Source of the DNA: Dehalococcoidia bacterium
GTDB taxonomy: Bacteria; Chloroflexota; Dehalococcoidia; Lucifugimonadales; VXLM01
Length of the DNA: 64,000 nt
Assembly (NCBI GenBank): GCA_965242665.1
Contig: OZ251484.1
Span: 1,470,249-1,534,248, forward strand
Reading direction: 5' to 3'
This document shows positions 18,389 to 27,570 of this stretch, piece by piece; position 1 is the stretch's first letter; the number at the start of each line of letters is the position of its first letter. Below the pieces are notes generated by a model that saw only the letters and a list, made by a program, of their open reading frames with translations, was not told where the DNA came from and did no database searches. The translations under genes were made by a program, and so were the position numbers.

Positions 18389-19189
18389 CTACATTTCGAC
18401 CGCGTCGGGCAAGTCGTCCATGCCGTAGTACTGGTGCTCGATGCGGTCGTCGTACATCTTCACGATGCGGATGCCGGACGGATCGTCGCCGAGCGGGAAG
18501 CCGACTGGGCCGGAGATCACCATGAGCATACGCCCATCGGATGCGTAGGCGTTGCGGTGCCAATGGCCGGAGAATACGCCTGATACGCTGCGCCGGCGCA
18601 GGATGTCCAGCAGCGCCATCCTGCGCTCCTTGGGGATGACGCGCACTTCGGGGCCGGGACCGTCAGGCTCGTCCGGATCCTGGGCGAACAACGGGTGGTG
18701 CATGAACACCACGGTGTGAGCGGCGTTCTCGCTGGCGCGGTCGATGTCGCGGCGGAGGAACTCGAGGAGAGACTCCCATTCGTCTTCTACATCCGAGGGA
18801 TCCGCACACACGGAGCTGTTCAAGACGACGAAATGGCTCCCGCCGGCGTCGAACGAGTAGTTGTCGTCCCCAAACTTGTCGCGGTACCGTCGCAGGCTCT
18901 CCGGCGTGGGAGTGTTTCCAACGTCGCAGTTTCCGGGCGCGAGGTAGATGGGGACGTCCTCGCTCAGTTGGTTCGTAATCCGCATCAACTCTTCGTGCTG
19001 CTCCTCGTTGCGCGGATCTTGGACGAGGTCGCCGGTCACGACCACGAATGCGGGTCGCAGACGGTTGGCTGCCGAGACGGCCTTCTCGTACAAGGCCGTC
19101 TCCGGGAACGTCCCGTCGGAAGGCGCTTGCCCGCGCGTCCGAAACATGCCAAACTGCGGATCGCTCAGATGTATGAAGAAAAACGACAC
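18389..19189 (-). CDS. Metallophosphoesterase (calcineurin-like phosphoesterase)
   Basis: Metal-binding motifs HLSDPQFG, VVVTGDLV, GNCD and GHWH are present. Confidence 0.8.
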   Translation of the reverse strand: MSFFFIHLSDPQFGMFRTRGQAPSDGTFPETALYEKAVSAANRLRPAFVVVTGDLVQDPRNEEQHEELMRITNQLSEDVPIYLAPGNCDVGNTPTPESLRRYRDKFGDDNYSFDAGGSHFVVLNSSVCADPSDVEDEWESLLEFLRRDIDRASENAAHTVVFMHHPLFAQDPDEPDGPGPEVRVIPKERRMALLDILRRRSVSGVFSGHWHRNAYASDGRMLMVISGPVGFPLGDDPSGIRIVKMYDDRIEHQYYGMDDLPDAVEM

Positions 19190-19267
19190 GATGCCACGCT
19201 CCTTGAGATTTCGTTTGATTTACGGTGTGCGGGCGCTCCCATGAATAACCGTCCGGTGCCAAGATCT

Positions 19268-19380
19268 GGATTCCCGCCTTCGCGGGAATGACGATGGCGG
19301 GTGCGGGAATGACGATGACGGGTGCGGGAATGACGATGACGGGTGCGGGAATGACGATGACGGGTGCAGGAATGACCGGG
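19268..19380 (-). repeat. Repeat element: palindrome plus four exact 21-bp tandem units (gcgggaatgacgatgacgggt)
   Basis: The sequence reads ggattcccgccttcgcgggaatgacg, then atggcgggtgcgggaatgacg, then three further units. Confidence 0.9.
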
Positions 19381-19511
19381 CCGCCCGCAGAAATGACGGC
19401 AAGCACACTTCCGATATGGGGGGCAACTCACGCTGCCGATACATCGACTAGAACCCTCCATGATGACGCCTCGATTTTCCGAGGCCATCCTAATTCCGTT
19501 GGCGGCTTCTC

Positions 19512-20024
19512 TCAGTACTGCACCAGGGAGAAGACGCCGTAGCCGCTCAGACGCTCTCGTCCGTCCAAGTCGATCAACTCGATCACGGCGGCCAGCCCTG
19601 CAACTACTCCGTCCAGCGACTCGACGAGATCCGCAGCGGCGGCCATCGATCCGCCCGTGGCCAGTACGTCGTCGAGGATGATGGCGCGCTGCCCCTCGGA
19701 GATCGCATCGGTGTGGACTTCGATCACGTTGCTACCATACTCGAGCGCATACCTGACCGATCGCGTCTCGAACGGGAGCTTGCCCTCTTTTCGCACTGGG
19801 ACGAACGGCTTCCGGAGCCGATAGGACAGGGGGGCTCCGATCAAGAACCCGCGCGCCTCGATTGCCAGTATCACATCGATCGACTCGTCCTCGTAGTGTT
19901 CCGCCAGTTGGTCGATGACGTATTGGAACACCGCAGGGTCTTGGAGCAAGGGGGTGATGTCGCGGAACTGGACGCCCTCGACCGGAAAGTCTTGGATTTC
20001 TCGAATGTACTGCTTCAGATCCAT
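19512..20024 (-). CDS. apt: Adenine phosphoribosyltransferase
   Basis: A 170-aa protein (MDLKQYIREIQDFPVEGVQFRDITPLLQDP...VILAIEARGFLIGAPLSY...IILDDVLATGGSMAAAADLV). The ORF-track upstream extension to 20459 is not coding. Confidence 0.9.
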   Translation of the reverse strand: MDLKQYIREIQDFPVEGVQFRDITPLLQDPAVFQYVIDQLAEHYEDESIDVILAIEARGFLIGAPLSYRLRKPFVPVRKEGKLPFETRSVRYALEYGSNVIEVHTDAISEGQRAIILDDVLATGGSMAAAADLVESLDGVVAGLAAVIELIDLDGRERLSGYGVFSLVQY

Positions 20025-20215
20025 GGTTGGTCCCTCCAGGTCGGTAGGATCGATCGGTAGGATCGAGCGGTTGTGCAGAAAATGATAGAACCCCCCTGCG
20101 CCGCGGTCAATACCGTTGGGTTCGCCGGTTCGATCCACAATTACGAAGCGCGGACAATCCACCGCGGTAAATCGAACGGAGCCCGGGGAATATCCGACAC
20201 GCGCGCCGCCTCGCA

Positions 20216-20971
20216 TCAGCCCGCGGCGAGAAGCCGTTCGAGGTTGCCCGAGCATACGGCGCGCAGCTCCGCATCGGAAAGGCCGCTGCGGTGCAGGCTG
20301 TAGAGCATCGGAGCCATGGGCGAGTCCGGAAAACGCGACCCGAACATGACACGCTCGACACCGACGGCGTCTATGAGCGTATTGACACCGTCCGGAATGA
20401 GGAAGCGAGAAATCTCGATGGAGAGGTTGGGCAACCGCTTGAGAAGGGGAAGCGCCCATCCACTATGGGAATAGTGCACCTCGCTCAAGACGATCTGGGT
20501 ATCAGGGAACTGCTTTGCGGAATCATGGAGATCGACAGGGTCGAATTGCGCCGCGTCCAACCAGAGAGGCAGCCCTTCCGAGGCCATCCACTCGAGCCAT
20601 GGACCGACTACCCATTCGCGGAAGGGGTAGTGGTGCTTCTCTGGCGCCATTCGGACCGACCGCACGCCCAGCTCGTGGAGCGTCGCCCCGAACGCGCCCA
20701 TGTCATCGTAGCTAGGATTGACGGCAAACTGCGGAACGAGCCTCGATTGGCCGCGTATCTCCCCCATGAGCAGCGCGTTCCCCTCCTCGGCGTCGAAATC
20801 GATCGAGTGGGGAGAATAGACCAAAGCCTTGTCCACGCCGGCCTTGTCCATGACGGACAACGTGCCCTCGACCGTATCCTCGCGGACGTATCGGTCGTAC
20901 CGTCTACCCAGCGCGACGCACGCGTCGAAAGACGGCACAGACGACTTGAAGTGCAGATCTACCTCTCCCAT
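20216..20971 (-). CDS. Amidohydrolase-2 family metal-dependent hydrolase (TIM barrel)
   Basis: The start MGEVDLHFKSS... follows a GAGGAGG ribosome-binding site. The family is Amidohydro_2-like (HxH-type motif DLHF...; ...LSEVHYSHSG...). The 100-codon upstream part of the ORF (to 21271) has no RBS and is probably non-coding. Confidence 0.65.
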   Translation of the reverse strand: MGEVDLHFKSSVPSFDACVALGRRYDRYVREDTVEGTLSVMDKAGVDKALVYSPHSIDFDAEEGNALLMGEIRGQSRLVPQFAVNPSYDDMGAFGATLHELGVRSVRMAPEKHHYPFREWVVGPWLEWMASEGLPLWLDAAQFDPVDLHDSAKQFPDTQIVLSEVHYSHSGWALPLLKRLPNLSIEISRFLIPDGVNTLIDAVGVERVMFGSRFPDSPMAPMLYSLHRSGLSDAELRAVCSGNLERLLAAG

Positions 20972-21189
20972 ATGTCCTCCTCGCGGATGCCCGCAACACC
21001 GCCGTCGAAGAACGGCCGAGCTCCGTATGCCCCAGCGTATTACGTTGGCAGTCAAAGTGTAGCAACCGCGCGCCAAACAGTCAACACAAGATCCTGGGAG
21101 TTCCCTCTGCTCTATCGGCATCGATCGTTCCCAGACTCCAGCGGAGTGGATACATCGCTTGGAGCCGCCGTGCCCCATGCGCGCCCCTG

Positions 21190-21600
21190 CAAGGTAAACG
21201 GAAACCGGCTTACCGTTTACCTTTGCGGCATGGATTGCGCCCGGGCCGCAAAAGGTTGGACTCTCCGTCATTCCCGCCGGGTCTCGTCATTCCCACACCC
21301 TCCCACGTCATTCCCGCGTAGGCAGGAATCTCCTCAGGCAGCAAGAGGGCGAGACAGGCCGTTGGTGTCATTCCCGCGCAGGCGGGAATCTCCGGTATCT
21401 GCCTATGCCGCCGGATCCGACCCCCCGGTCATTCCCGCGCAGGCGGGAATCTCCGTCTACGTCATTCCCACGAAGGCAGGAATTTCTGTCATTCCCGCGC
21501 AGGCGGGAATCTCCCGTTGCGCGATTGGACGCACCGCTTTGAGAGTTGCCGTCCCCCAGCCGTCATGTCGCAAAACGGAAACCGGCGGGGCATTGACGAA
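21190..21600 (+). repeat. Composite MITE-like element: 5' hairpin, a conserved left flank, an array of gtcattccc units and palindromes, and a conserved ~90-bp right flank
   Basis: The left and right flanks are nearly identical to those of the copy at 40455-40735. They include ...gggccgcaa(a/c)aggttgga(c/t)tctccgtcattcccgccg... and ...ttgcgcgattggacgcaccgc...gccgtcatg(t/c)cgcaaaa. Confidence 0.85.
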
Positions 21601-21657
21601 TGACGTGCGGACATGATATAACCTTTTGCAAAATTCCTGCGGACAGTAGAGGCAGAA

Positions 21658-22407
21658 ATGCGCTTTTCCGGCAAGCTGGTCATCATCATCGCCCTAGCAG
21701 TTACCGTGCTGCTGGTGAGCAACATCATCGCAAGCAAACTTCTGGTGCTCTTCCAACTCCCCTTCGAGTTCTTTGGCAGCAAGAACGTGGTGGTCTCCAT
21801 ATCCGTCATTTGCTTCCCCCTGAGCTACATCATCAGCGACGTGCTTACGGAGGTATACGGTTTCCGCGTCGCCCGCGGAACGATATGGCTGGGATTCGGC
21901 TGCAACCTCGTCATGGTCATCCTGTTCTGGATCGCCATCAATATCCCGCCTGTAGGCTTCTGGGGGAATCAGGAAGCGTACGAGACGATACTCGGCTCGG
22001 CCTTCTGGCTGTTGGCTGGCAGCTTCGCGGCGTACATCGTGGGCGAATTCTCCAACGCTTCCGTCATGGTCGTCCTCAAGAACCGGACGGAAGGCCGCCA
22101 TCTATGGATGCGGACCATAAGCTCCACGATAGTCGGACAGGGAATCGACTCGATCCTGTTCTACTCCATCGCCTTCGGAGTATCGGGCGATCAGCCTTGG
22201 TCCGTAGCGATCGGCGCGGCGATAACCGCATGGATCGTCAAGAGCCTCTACGAAGCAGCCGCGACACCGCTCACGTATGCGGTCGTCGGATGGCTCAAGC
22301 GCACGGAGAAGATGGACATCTACGACGCGCCGCACTCCCTGAACCCGTTCGCCGTATTCGGCGACGATGACGGAACGAGCGTCAACCGGGCGGCCGCAGC
22401 CGCGTAA
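21658..22407 (+). CDS. yhhQ: Queuosine precursor transporter (YhhQ/DUF165 family)
   Basis: A 249-aa, ~6-TM protein with the YhhQ family signature (...IISDVLTEVYGF...NLVMVILFWIAI...). Confidence 0.8.
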   Translation: MRFSGKLVIIIALAVTVLLVSNIIASKLLVLFQLPFEFFGSKNVVVSISVICFPLSYIISDVLTEVYGFRVARGTIWLGFGCNLVMVILFWIAINIPPVGFWGNQEAYETILGSAFWLLAGSFAAYIVGEFSNASVMVVLKNRTEGRHLWMRTISSTIVGQGIDSILFYSIAFGVSGDQPWSVAIGAAITAWIVKSLYEAAATPLTYAVVGWLKRTEKMDIYDAPHSLNPFAVFGDDDGTSVNRAAAAA

Positions 22408-22416
22408 TCACGGTAG

Positions 22417-22459
22417 CAGCCGTGTGGACGGGCGTGAGAAGCGTCCGTTCACACGGCTG
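22417..22459 (+). terminator. Stem-loop (10-bp stem cagccgtgtg/cacacggctg) immediately downstream of yhhQ
   Basis: An inverted repeat is visible and is followed by tagtgttgacttt. It is not a classic U-tract terminator. Confidence 0.3.
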
Positions 22460-22558
22460 TAGTGTTGACTTTGGGTTGATTGGCATAGTGGTTCAGTCAA
22501 GTTGACCATGCAACACAACCGGTCGGCAGTCGCATAGACAAAGAAAGGGAGCAAACCA

Positions 22559-22744
22559 ATGGGCAAGAACATACAACTCGGAATCCTAGGGCTTGCGCTG
22601 GTCGCAGTGTTCTGTGCGCTCGTAGCATTCGGTGCAGTACGCAGCGGCTCGACCGGCGAGTGCGAAGATGTACAAGTCACATATGCGGACGGCAGGGTCA
22701 TTGACGAGCAGCTCTGCGGTGCTTGGATTCGCATCGACAACTAG
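22559..22744 (+). CDS. Small (61-aa) membrane/secreted protein
   Basis: An AAGGGAG ribosome-binding site lies 8 nt upstream. An N-terminal hydrophobic helix (LGILGLALVAVFCALVAFGAV) is followed by a Cys-containing tail. Confidence 0.45.
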   Translation: MGKNIQLGILGLALVAVFCALVAFGAVRSGSTGECEDVQVTYADGRVIDEQLCGAWIRIDN

Positions 22745-22946
22745 GCGAACAGGTGGCGGGGTTGCACCCGCCAATCGACCCAAAGTCAACACAACCCACG
22801 CAACCAGGCTCACCCGTTACGACGCCGGGAAGGGAAGCGGCAGACAGGTTGCCTCCCCCTGCCTTGCCTAGGGACACCGTCCAATTGGGGAAGGCAACTT
22901 CTCTCGCGGAATAGAAAAGCACCCCCGGTGCCCGCTAATGCGCGCG

Positions 22947-24698
22947 CTACCCGTGCGTCGCGGAGCGCGTCCAGTTCTCGCCGGTCTCTGCGACCCACTC
23001 CGGCCGCTTGCCGGAGGCCTCCTTGGTGATACTGGCCCCAAAGAGGAAGATGAGTCCTCCCACGAATGCCCAGGTCAGCAGGAGCACGACAGAGGAGAAC
23101 GGCAGATAGAGGAGATTTTGCTGTCCGGTCACGCTGACGAACCAGAAGAAGGTATGTTTGACGATCTCGAATAGGACGACTGCGACGATGGCTCCGAAAG
23201 TCGCGTCTCGCCAACGAACGTAGGTAGTGGGCAGCGTTCGATAGACGACCCCAAACACCACGGCGGTCAAGAACAACGGCAAGACAGCCGAGGCCACCCC
23301 GGTTACGCTGACGACCACTTGGTTTATGGGGCCGCCGACGATGGGCAGCGCCGCGCTGATGCTCATGACCAGTTGGAACACAACGGTCAACCCAATCGAC
23401 ACGAGGAAGATCAACACAACGCAGATCGCCATTATGATTTCAAAGAGCGTGGCGCTGAGGATCTTGCGGTGCGGCACGCCGAATATGCGGTTGATCGCTC
23501 GGTTCGCCGCCATGTTGAGTCCGTTGGCGCCAATGACGATTCCAACGACGGCGACGACTCCGACGGCGAGGCTGGCGTCGAAGAGGTGGTCGACGGCGGC
23601 GTCGAAGAAGTCCGACGACGCAGGAAAGAAGAAGAGGAAGATGTCCGCAAGTTCCATCTTGATGGTGGGGGGATCTACGAACGCGGAGAACATCAAGATG
23701 ACGATCGCGACGAGGGGGAAGAACGACAGCAGCGTGAAGAAGGCCAACGACGCAGCGAGGTCGATCCCGCCCGCATTCACCAAAGTCCGGACCGCGCGCC
23801 ATAGGGCCTTGGCTCTCCACACGCCCGGCCCCTGAGGATGGTACGCAGCGATACGCGGCGCAAGGTCGAACACCAGGGGAGCCGCGGGGTGCAGGGCGCT
23901 GGATGGAGAGGTTCTTCCGAGCATATCTGCAATGGATCCGCGGGTGTGGTCCCCCGCCCGCTCACTCACCGCATATGCAGCGTCGATAGATCCTCTCGCA
24001 GCAGCGGCGACGCACTCGACCGCGCTGGCGTGATCGACGTTCTGCACCTCGAGCGCCCCCTCGACCACGTTTCTCGACACATGCGACAAACGCTCCGGCT
24101 CCCGGCCCACGCTGCCCACGAGGAGCCTGGCCGTGTCCTGGGTGAGCTGGGGAACATTCCCTCCGGTTGCAGAGACGCCGGTAATGACTCCGACGATAGC
24201 CGCCTTCGCCGCGCCGCCCTCATCGACCCCAGCGTCCAAGATGGCCTCGAACGCGCCAAACGACGCCTCGGAAACCGCTTTGCCCCGCTCAACCCCGACG
24301 GATACCGCGCCCTCGATCGCCCCCTCCACCGCGTCCGCCCCCGCAACCCCAATCTCCAACCCGACCTCGTTCGATCCGCGTATCGCCCCTTCCACCGCCT
24401 CCCGAATGAGCGGCCGAGTAGATTTCGATGCCCCGGACGTGCCCTGCACGACCCCAAGCACGACGTCTCTGGCCAAGCCCGTAGCCTCGTTCCGTATCTC
24501 GGTCAAGGCCCCTATTGCGCCTCGCGCCGCCTCGCGCGCGAGAAATCCCGCCCCCCTTCCGTCGCCGTCCGACCCCTTGATCGCAAGCTGCGACGCGATC
24601 CGCACCCTGTCGCCCCAACGTCCGTTCGCGCGTCCGCCCTCGGAGGCAGAGTCGACGAGCAGTTCGTGGACTAGCCGTCCCAGTCTCCCCAGTTTCAT
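22947..24698 (-). CDS. YihY/BrkB (ribonuclease BN-like) family membrane protein, fused to an N-terminal ~270-aa Ala/Gly/Glu-rich repeat domain
   Basis: The C-terminal half (…GIDLAASLAFFTLLSFFPLVAIV…) is a typical ~6-TM YihY protein. The N-terminus has degenerate AVEGAIxG repeats. Confidence 0.65.
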   Translation of the reverse strand: MKLGRLGRLVHELLVDSASEGGRANGRWGDRVRIASQLAIKGSDGDGRGAGFLAREAARGAIGALTEIRNEATGLARDVVLGVVQGTSGASKSTRPLIREAVEGAIRGSNEVGLEIGVAGADAVEGAIEGAVSVGVERGKAVSEASFGAFEAILDAGVDEGGAAKAAIVGVITGVSATGGNVPQLTQDTARLLVGSVGREPERLSHVSRNVVEGALEVQNVDHASAVECVAAAARGSIDAAYAVSERAGDHTRGSIADMLGRTSPSSALHPAAPLVFDLAPRIAAYHPQGPGVWRAKALWRAVRTLVNAGGIDLAASLAFFTLLSFFPLVAIVILMFSAFVDPPTIKMELADIFLFFFPASSDFFDAAVDHLFDASLAVGVVAVVGIVIGANGLNMAANRAINRIFGVPHRKILSATLFEIIMAICVVLIFLVSIGLTVVFQLVMSISAALPIVGGPINQVVVSVTGVASAVLPLFLTAVVFGVVYRTLPTTYVRWRDATFGAIVAVVLFEIVKHTFFWFVSVTGQQNLLYLPFSSVVLLLTWAFVGGLIFLFGASITKEASGKRPEWVAETGENWTRSATHG

Positions 24699-25244
24699 TC
24701 CTTATCGACTCCGCAGACCGGATGCCGTCAATCCGATCGATCACAACTCCGCGGTACGCTCCAACCCTTCCTATGCAGTCACCGCCGAGGGGGCATTAAA
24801 GGCATAGAAGGGAACAGCCTCCACGCGTGCAGCGGCGACGCGCCGGCACACGCAGTCTCGCAGCGCCCCGCTTCCGATGCTACGAGCGGCGGCCGTGCTT
24901 CCTCGCAGGGGCGAATATCGAATCATCGGGGAACGCGGCGGCGCGGCGGCGCATGGCAGACGGCAACCACCTGCCTCCGATACCAGCCAACACGACCATT
25001 CCGCCCCCGACGCCAATCAGAGCCCTCTTCAAGAACCCTCTTCTAGAAACGCCGTCTACGCCCTCGTAACGTTTGCCCATACTTCAAGAACACTCCACAG
25101 GTGTCTCAGTACACTCCCGGCCATTATAGCGCAAGGCGCGCATGTTGGGAAGGGCGCTGGGGCTATCGTTCCGTTCGATCTATCGCCGCGGATCGACCCC
25201 AGTTCGCCGGTATGAACCGCCCCTAGACCATAAATCCACCTGTC

Positions 25245-25507
25245 CACGTCATTCCCACACCCTACCCACGTCTTCCCGCGAAGGCGGAAATCTCCCCCGG
25301 CTGTACCGCAAGCCAGGTCAAGTCCGCCCGTCATTCCCGCGAAGGCAGGAATCTCCCCCCGGCTGTACCGCAAGCAGGTCAAGTCCGCCCGTCATTCCCG
25401 CGAAGGCGGAAATCTCCCCGTCTGTACCGCAAGCAGGTCAAGCCCGCCCGTCTGTACCGCAAGCCAGGTCAAGTCCGCCCGTCATTCCCGCGAAGGCGGG
25501 AATCTCC
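25245..25507 (+). repeat. Repeat-element array with a ~60-bp period (four palindromes, each preceded by ccggctgtaccgcaagc(c)aggtcaagtccgccc)
   Basis: Four tandem copies of ...ctgtaccgcaagcaggtcaagtccgcccgtcattcccgcgaaggcgg(g/a)aatctcc... are visible. Confidence 0.9.
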
Positions 25508-25576
25508 CGTTGCCCCCATGCCAATAGATCGAACCGATCCCCGGGGTCGACAGCGACTCGACGAAGAGAGCCTCCG

Positions 25577-26812
25577 CTACAACTCGAACGCCCCCTCCGC
25601 GGCGTCGACCACATGCCGCGCGATCTGCAAGCTCGACGTCGCAGCCGGCGACGGCGCGTTGAGGACGTGCACAGCACGAGCGCCGCGCACGATCCGAAAG
25701 TCCTGCAAGAGATTCCCACCATCGTCGACGGCCTGCGCCCGCACTCCAGCATTGGGGCGCCACAAATCCTCGCCCCGAATCTCCGGCAGCAACTTCTGCA
25801 GCGACCGAACGAAAGAACGCTTGAACAACGAACGGTACTGCTCCCGCAACCCAGTCGACCAATGCCCCATCGCCATGCGCCAAAATCCCCCATACGCCGC
25901 AGTCTCCACCGCGTCCCGCACATCGAACGACGCCTTCCCGTACCCCTCGCGCGCCAGCGCCAACACCGCGTTCGGACCTGCCTCCACGCTCCCATCGATC
26001 CGCTTCGTGAAATGCACACCCAAGAACGGCAACCGTGGATCAGGCACAGGATAGATCAAACCATTTACGAGATGCCCCCGCTCCGGCCGCAAAGAATAAT
26101 ACTCCCCCCGAAACGGTATGATACGCAGACCCTCCCCCGCGCCCATCCACCGAGCCGCCCTGTCCGCGTGAAGCCCGGCGCAGTTGATGACGTTCCCCGC
26201 CCTGAACACGCCGCCCGTCGTTTCGAGATACACCCCGTCGCCGCGCGCCTCCACGCCCAACACCCCCGTGCCAAGCCGAATCTCTCCCCCGTCCGCCGTG
26301 AAATCGTCGGCATACGCCCCGCAAACCCGCGCATAGTCCACGATCCCCGTCTCCGGCGACCATAGAGCCTTGATCCCCGCGGCGTGCGGCTCGATCTCCC
26401 GCAGACGCTCCTTGCCAATCAACTCCAACCCCTCTACCCCGTTGGCCGCCCCGCGCTCGAACAACCCATCCAGACGAGACGCCTCCTCCTCATCCGTCGC
26501 CGCAATCACCTTCCCGCACATCTCATAGTCGATGCCCCGCTCGTCGCAGTACCGACGCAGCGCCCGGTTCCCCGCATAGCAGAAATTCGCCTTCTGCGAA
26601 CCCGGCGCGTAGTATATCCCCGCATGGATGACCCCGCTGTTATGCCCCGTCTGATGCGACGCAAGCGCACCCTCCTTCTCCAAGACGACGAACCGCCGGC
26701 CAGGATGCCTCCGCGCCAGAGTCATCGCAGTCGCAAGACCGATGATCCCCCCTCCGATCACCGCAGCATCATATCGAGTCCCACTCTCACTCATTCGCAG
26801 CATCCGTGCCAA
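25577..26812 (-). CDS. lhgO: L-2-hydroxyglutarate oxidase (FAD-dependent)
   Basis: YDAAVIGGGIIGLATAM...LEKE...ASHQTGHNSGVIHAGIYYAPGS.KA.FC..GNRA aligns closely with E. coli LhgO. The start may instead be the internal M at 26794. Confidence 0.8.
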   Translation of the reverse strand: MARMLRMSESGTRYDAAVIGGGIIGLATAMTLARRHPGRRFVVLEKEGALASHQTGHNSGVIHAGIYYAPGSQKANFCYAGNRALRRYCDERGIDYEMCGKVIAATDEEEASRLDGLFERGAANGVEGLELIGKERLREIEPHAAGIKALWSPETGIVDYARVCGAYADDFTADGGEIRLGTGVLGVEARGDGVYLETTGGVFRAGNVINCAGLHADRAARWMGAGEGLRIIPFRGEYYSLRPERGHLVNGLIYPVPDPRLPFLGVHFTKRIDGSVEAGPNAVLALAREGYGKASFDVRDAVETAAYGGFWRMAMGHWSTGLREQYRSLFKRSFVRSLQKLLPEIRGEDLWRPNAGVRAQAVDDGGNLLQDFRIVRGARAVHVLNAPSPAATSSLQIARHVVDAAEGAFEL

Positions 26813-26942
26813 GTCGAAACGAATATGCCGCTATGATACCCCATGACAGATCCTCACACCGCGGCGGGTTGCCCGCACACCGGAAATCCCCCTCCCCGTC
26901 ACTCCAGCCATGCAACAGTCTCCAAATGCGGAAACCTCCCCG

Positions 26943-27569
26943 TCACTCCACCCAGCGGTACAGCGCATCCAACCCGTAATACGCCGCATACGACACCGCG
27001 AAATACTTCACCATCTTCCCCAACAAGCAAGCGCCCACGAACCTCCAGAGAGAGTAGCGCAGAGACCCCGCCGCAAATCCAGCCGCATCGAAGAACGGAT
27101 TCGGAGTCGCCGCAAACGCGAATATCGTCACCGCCCCACGCCTCTCGATCCACCCCTGAACTCGCCGATACCACCGATTCCTCCCCAACGCACGCTCCAC
27201 CGCGCCATGAGAACCCCGCCCAGCCAAATACCCCGAAACCTCCCCAATCGTCGACCCTGCAGCTCCAGACGCAGCAACCATATACGGCGCCCACCCAGGA
27301 ATCGTCGCCCCCAAAATCGCCGCCCCAAGACCAGGCACAGGCAGCACGAACGTCCCGCTGCCAACCACATTCACCAAGAATATCCCCGCATACCCCCACT
27401 CATCCAACGACGCCAACCGATCCCGAAAGACCAACGCCGCCACAGTAACCGCCGCTATCGGCAAGAACGGCGCCGCAACCCACACCCACCGCACAAACCC
27501 CCGACCCGCGCGCCCCGACGCCGATTCACTCCGACCCTCCAACTCCTCCCCCGCACAGCCCCCGCTCAT
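26943..27569 (-). CDS. DedA / SNARE-associated (VTT-domain) family membrane protein
   Basis: The segment ...GYAGIFLVNVVGSGTFVLPVPG...GAVTIFAFAATPNPFFDAAGFAAG... is the DedA signature. The ORF-track N-terminus (to 27647) overlaps the upstream gene and is Arg/Trp-rich junk, so the start is placed at MSGG... Confidence 0.65.
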   Translation of the reverse strand: MSGGCAGEELEGRSESASGRAGRGFVRWVWVAAPFLPIAAVTVAALVFRDRLASLDEWGYAGIFLVNVVGSGTFVLPVPGLGAAILGATIPGWAPYMVAASGAAGSTIGEVSGYLAGRGSHGAVERALGRNRWYRRVQGWIERRGAVTIFAFAATPNPFFDAAGFAAGSLRYSLWRFVGACLLGKMVKYFAVSYAAYYGLDALYRWVE

Positions 27570-27570
27570 C

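Noticed and set aside
19165-19488. ORFs whose proteins contain SRLRGNDV / FPPSRE / IPAKAGI / HSRTRHRH repeats (for example 19165..19488, 40517..40705, 6752..7309, 25056..25382, 39499..39807 and 28902..29429)
   Set aside because: These are simply translations of the palindromic repeat element in various frames and are not protein-coding genes.
20100-20135. A tRNA-like T-loop sequence ggttcgatcc
   Set aside because: The flanking sequence does not form acceptor, D or anticodon stems on either strand, so it is not a tRNA.
20972-21271. The N-terminal 100 codons of ORF 20216..21271
   Set aside because: A strong GAGGAGG ribosome-binding site precedes the internal MGEV start, where the amidohydrolase homology begins. 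The upstream part runs into the repeat element and is judged non-coding.
21560-21657. A possible preQ1 riboswitch upstream of yhhQ (a queuosine-precursor transporter often under preQ1-I control)
   Set aside because: A hairpin CUGC-GGACAGUAGAG-GCAG exists just before the ribosome-binding site. However, it lacks the conserved loop residues and the A-rich 3' tail (AAAAAACUA) of preQ1-I and preQ1-II. It cannot be supported without a covariance-model search (Infernal vs RF00522 / RF01054).
22745-22930. Possible intrinsic terminators (ggcggggttgcacccgcc; gcacccccggtgc) between the small ORF and the yihY gene
   Set aside because: Hairpins are present but lack U-tracts. They are plausible but not convincing enough to annotate.
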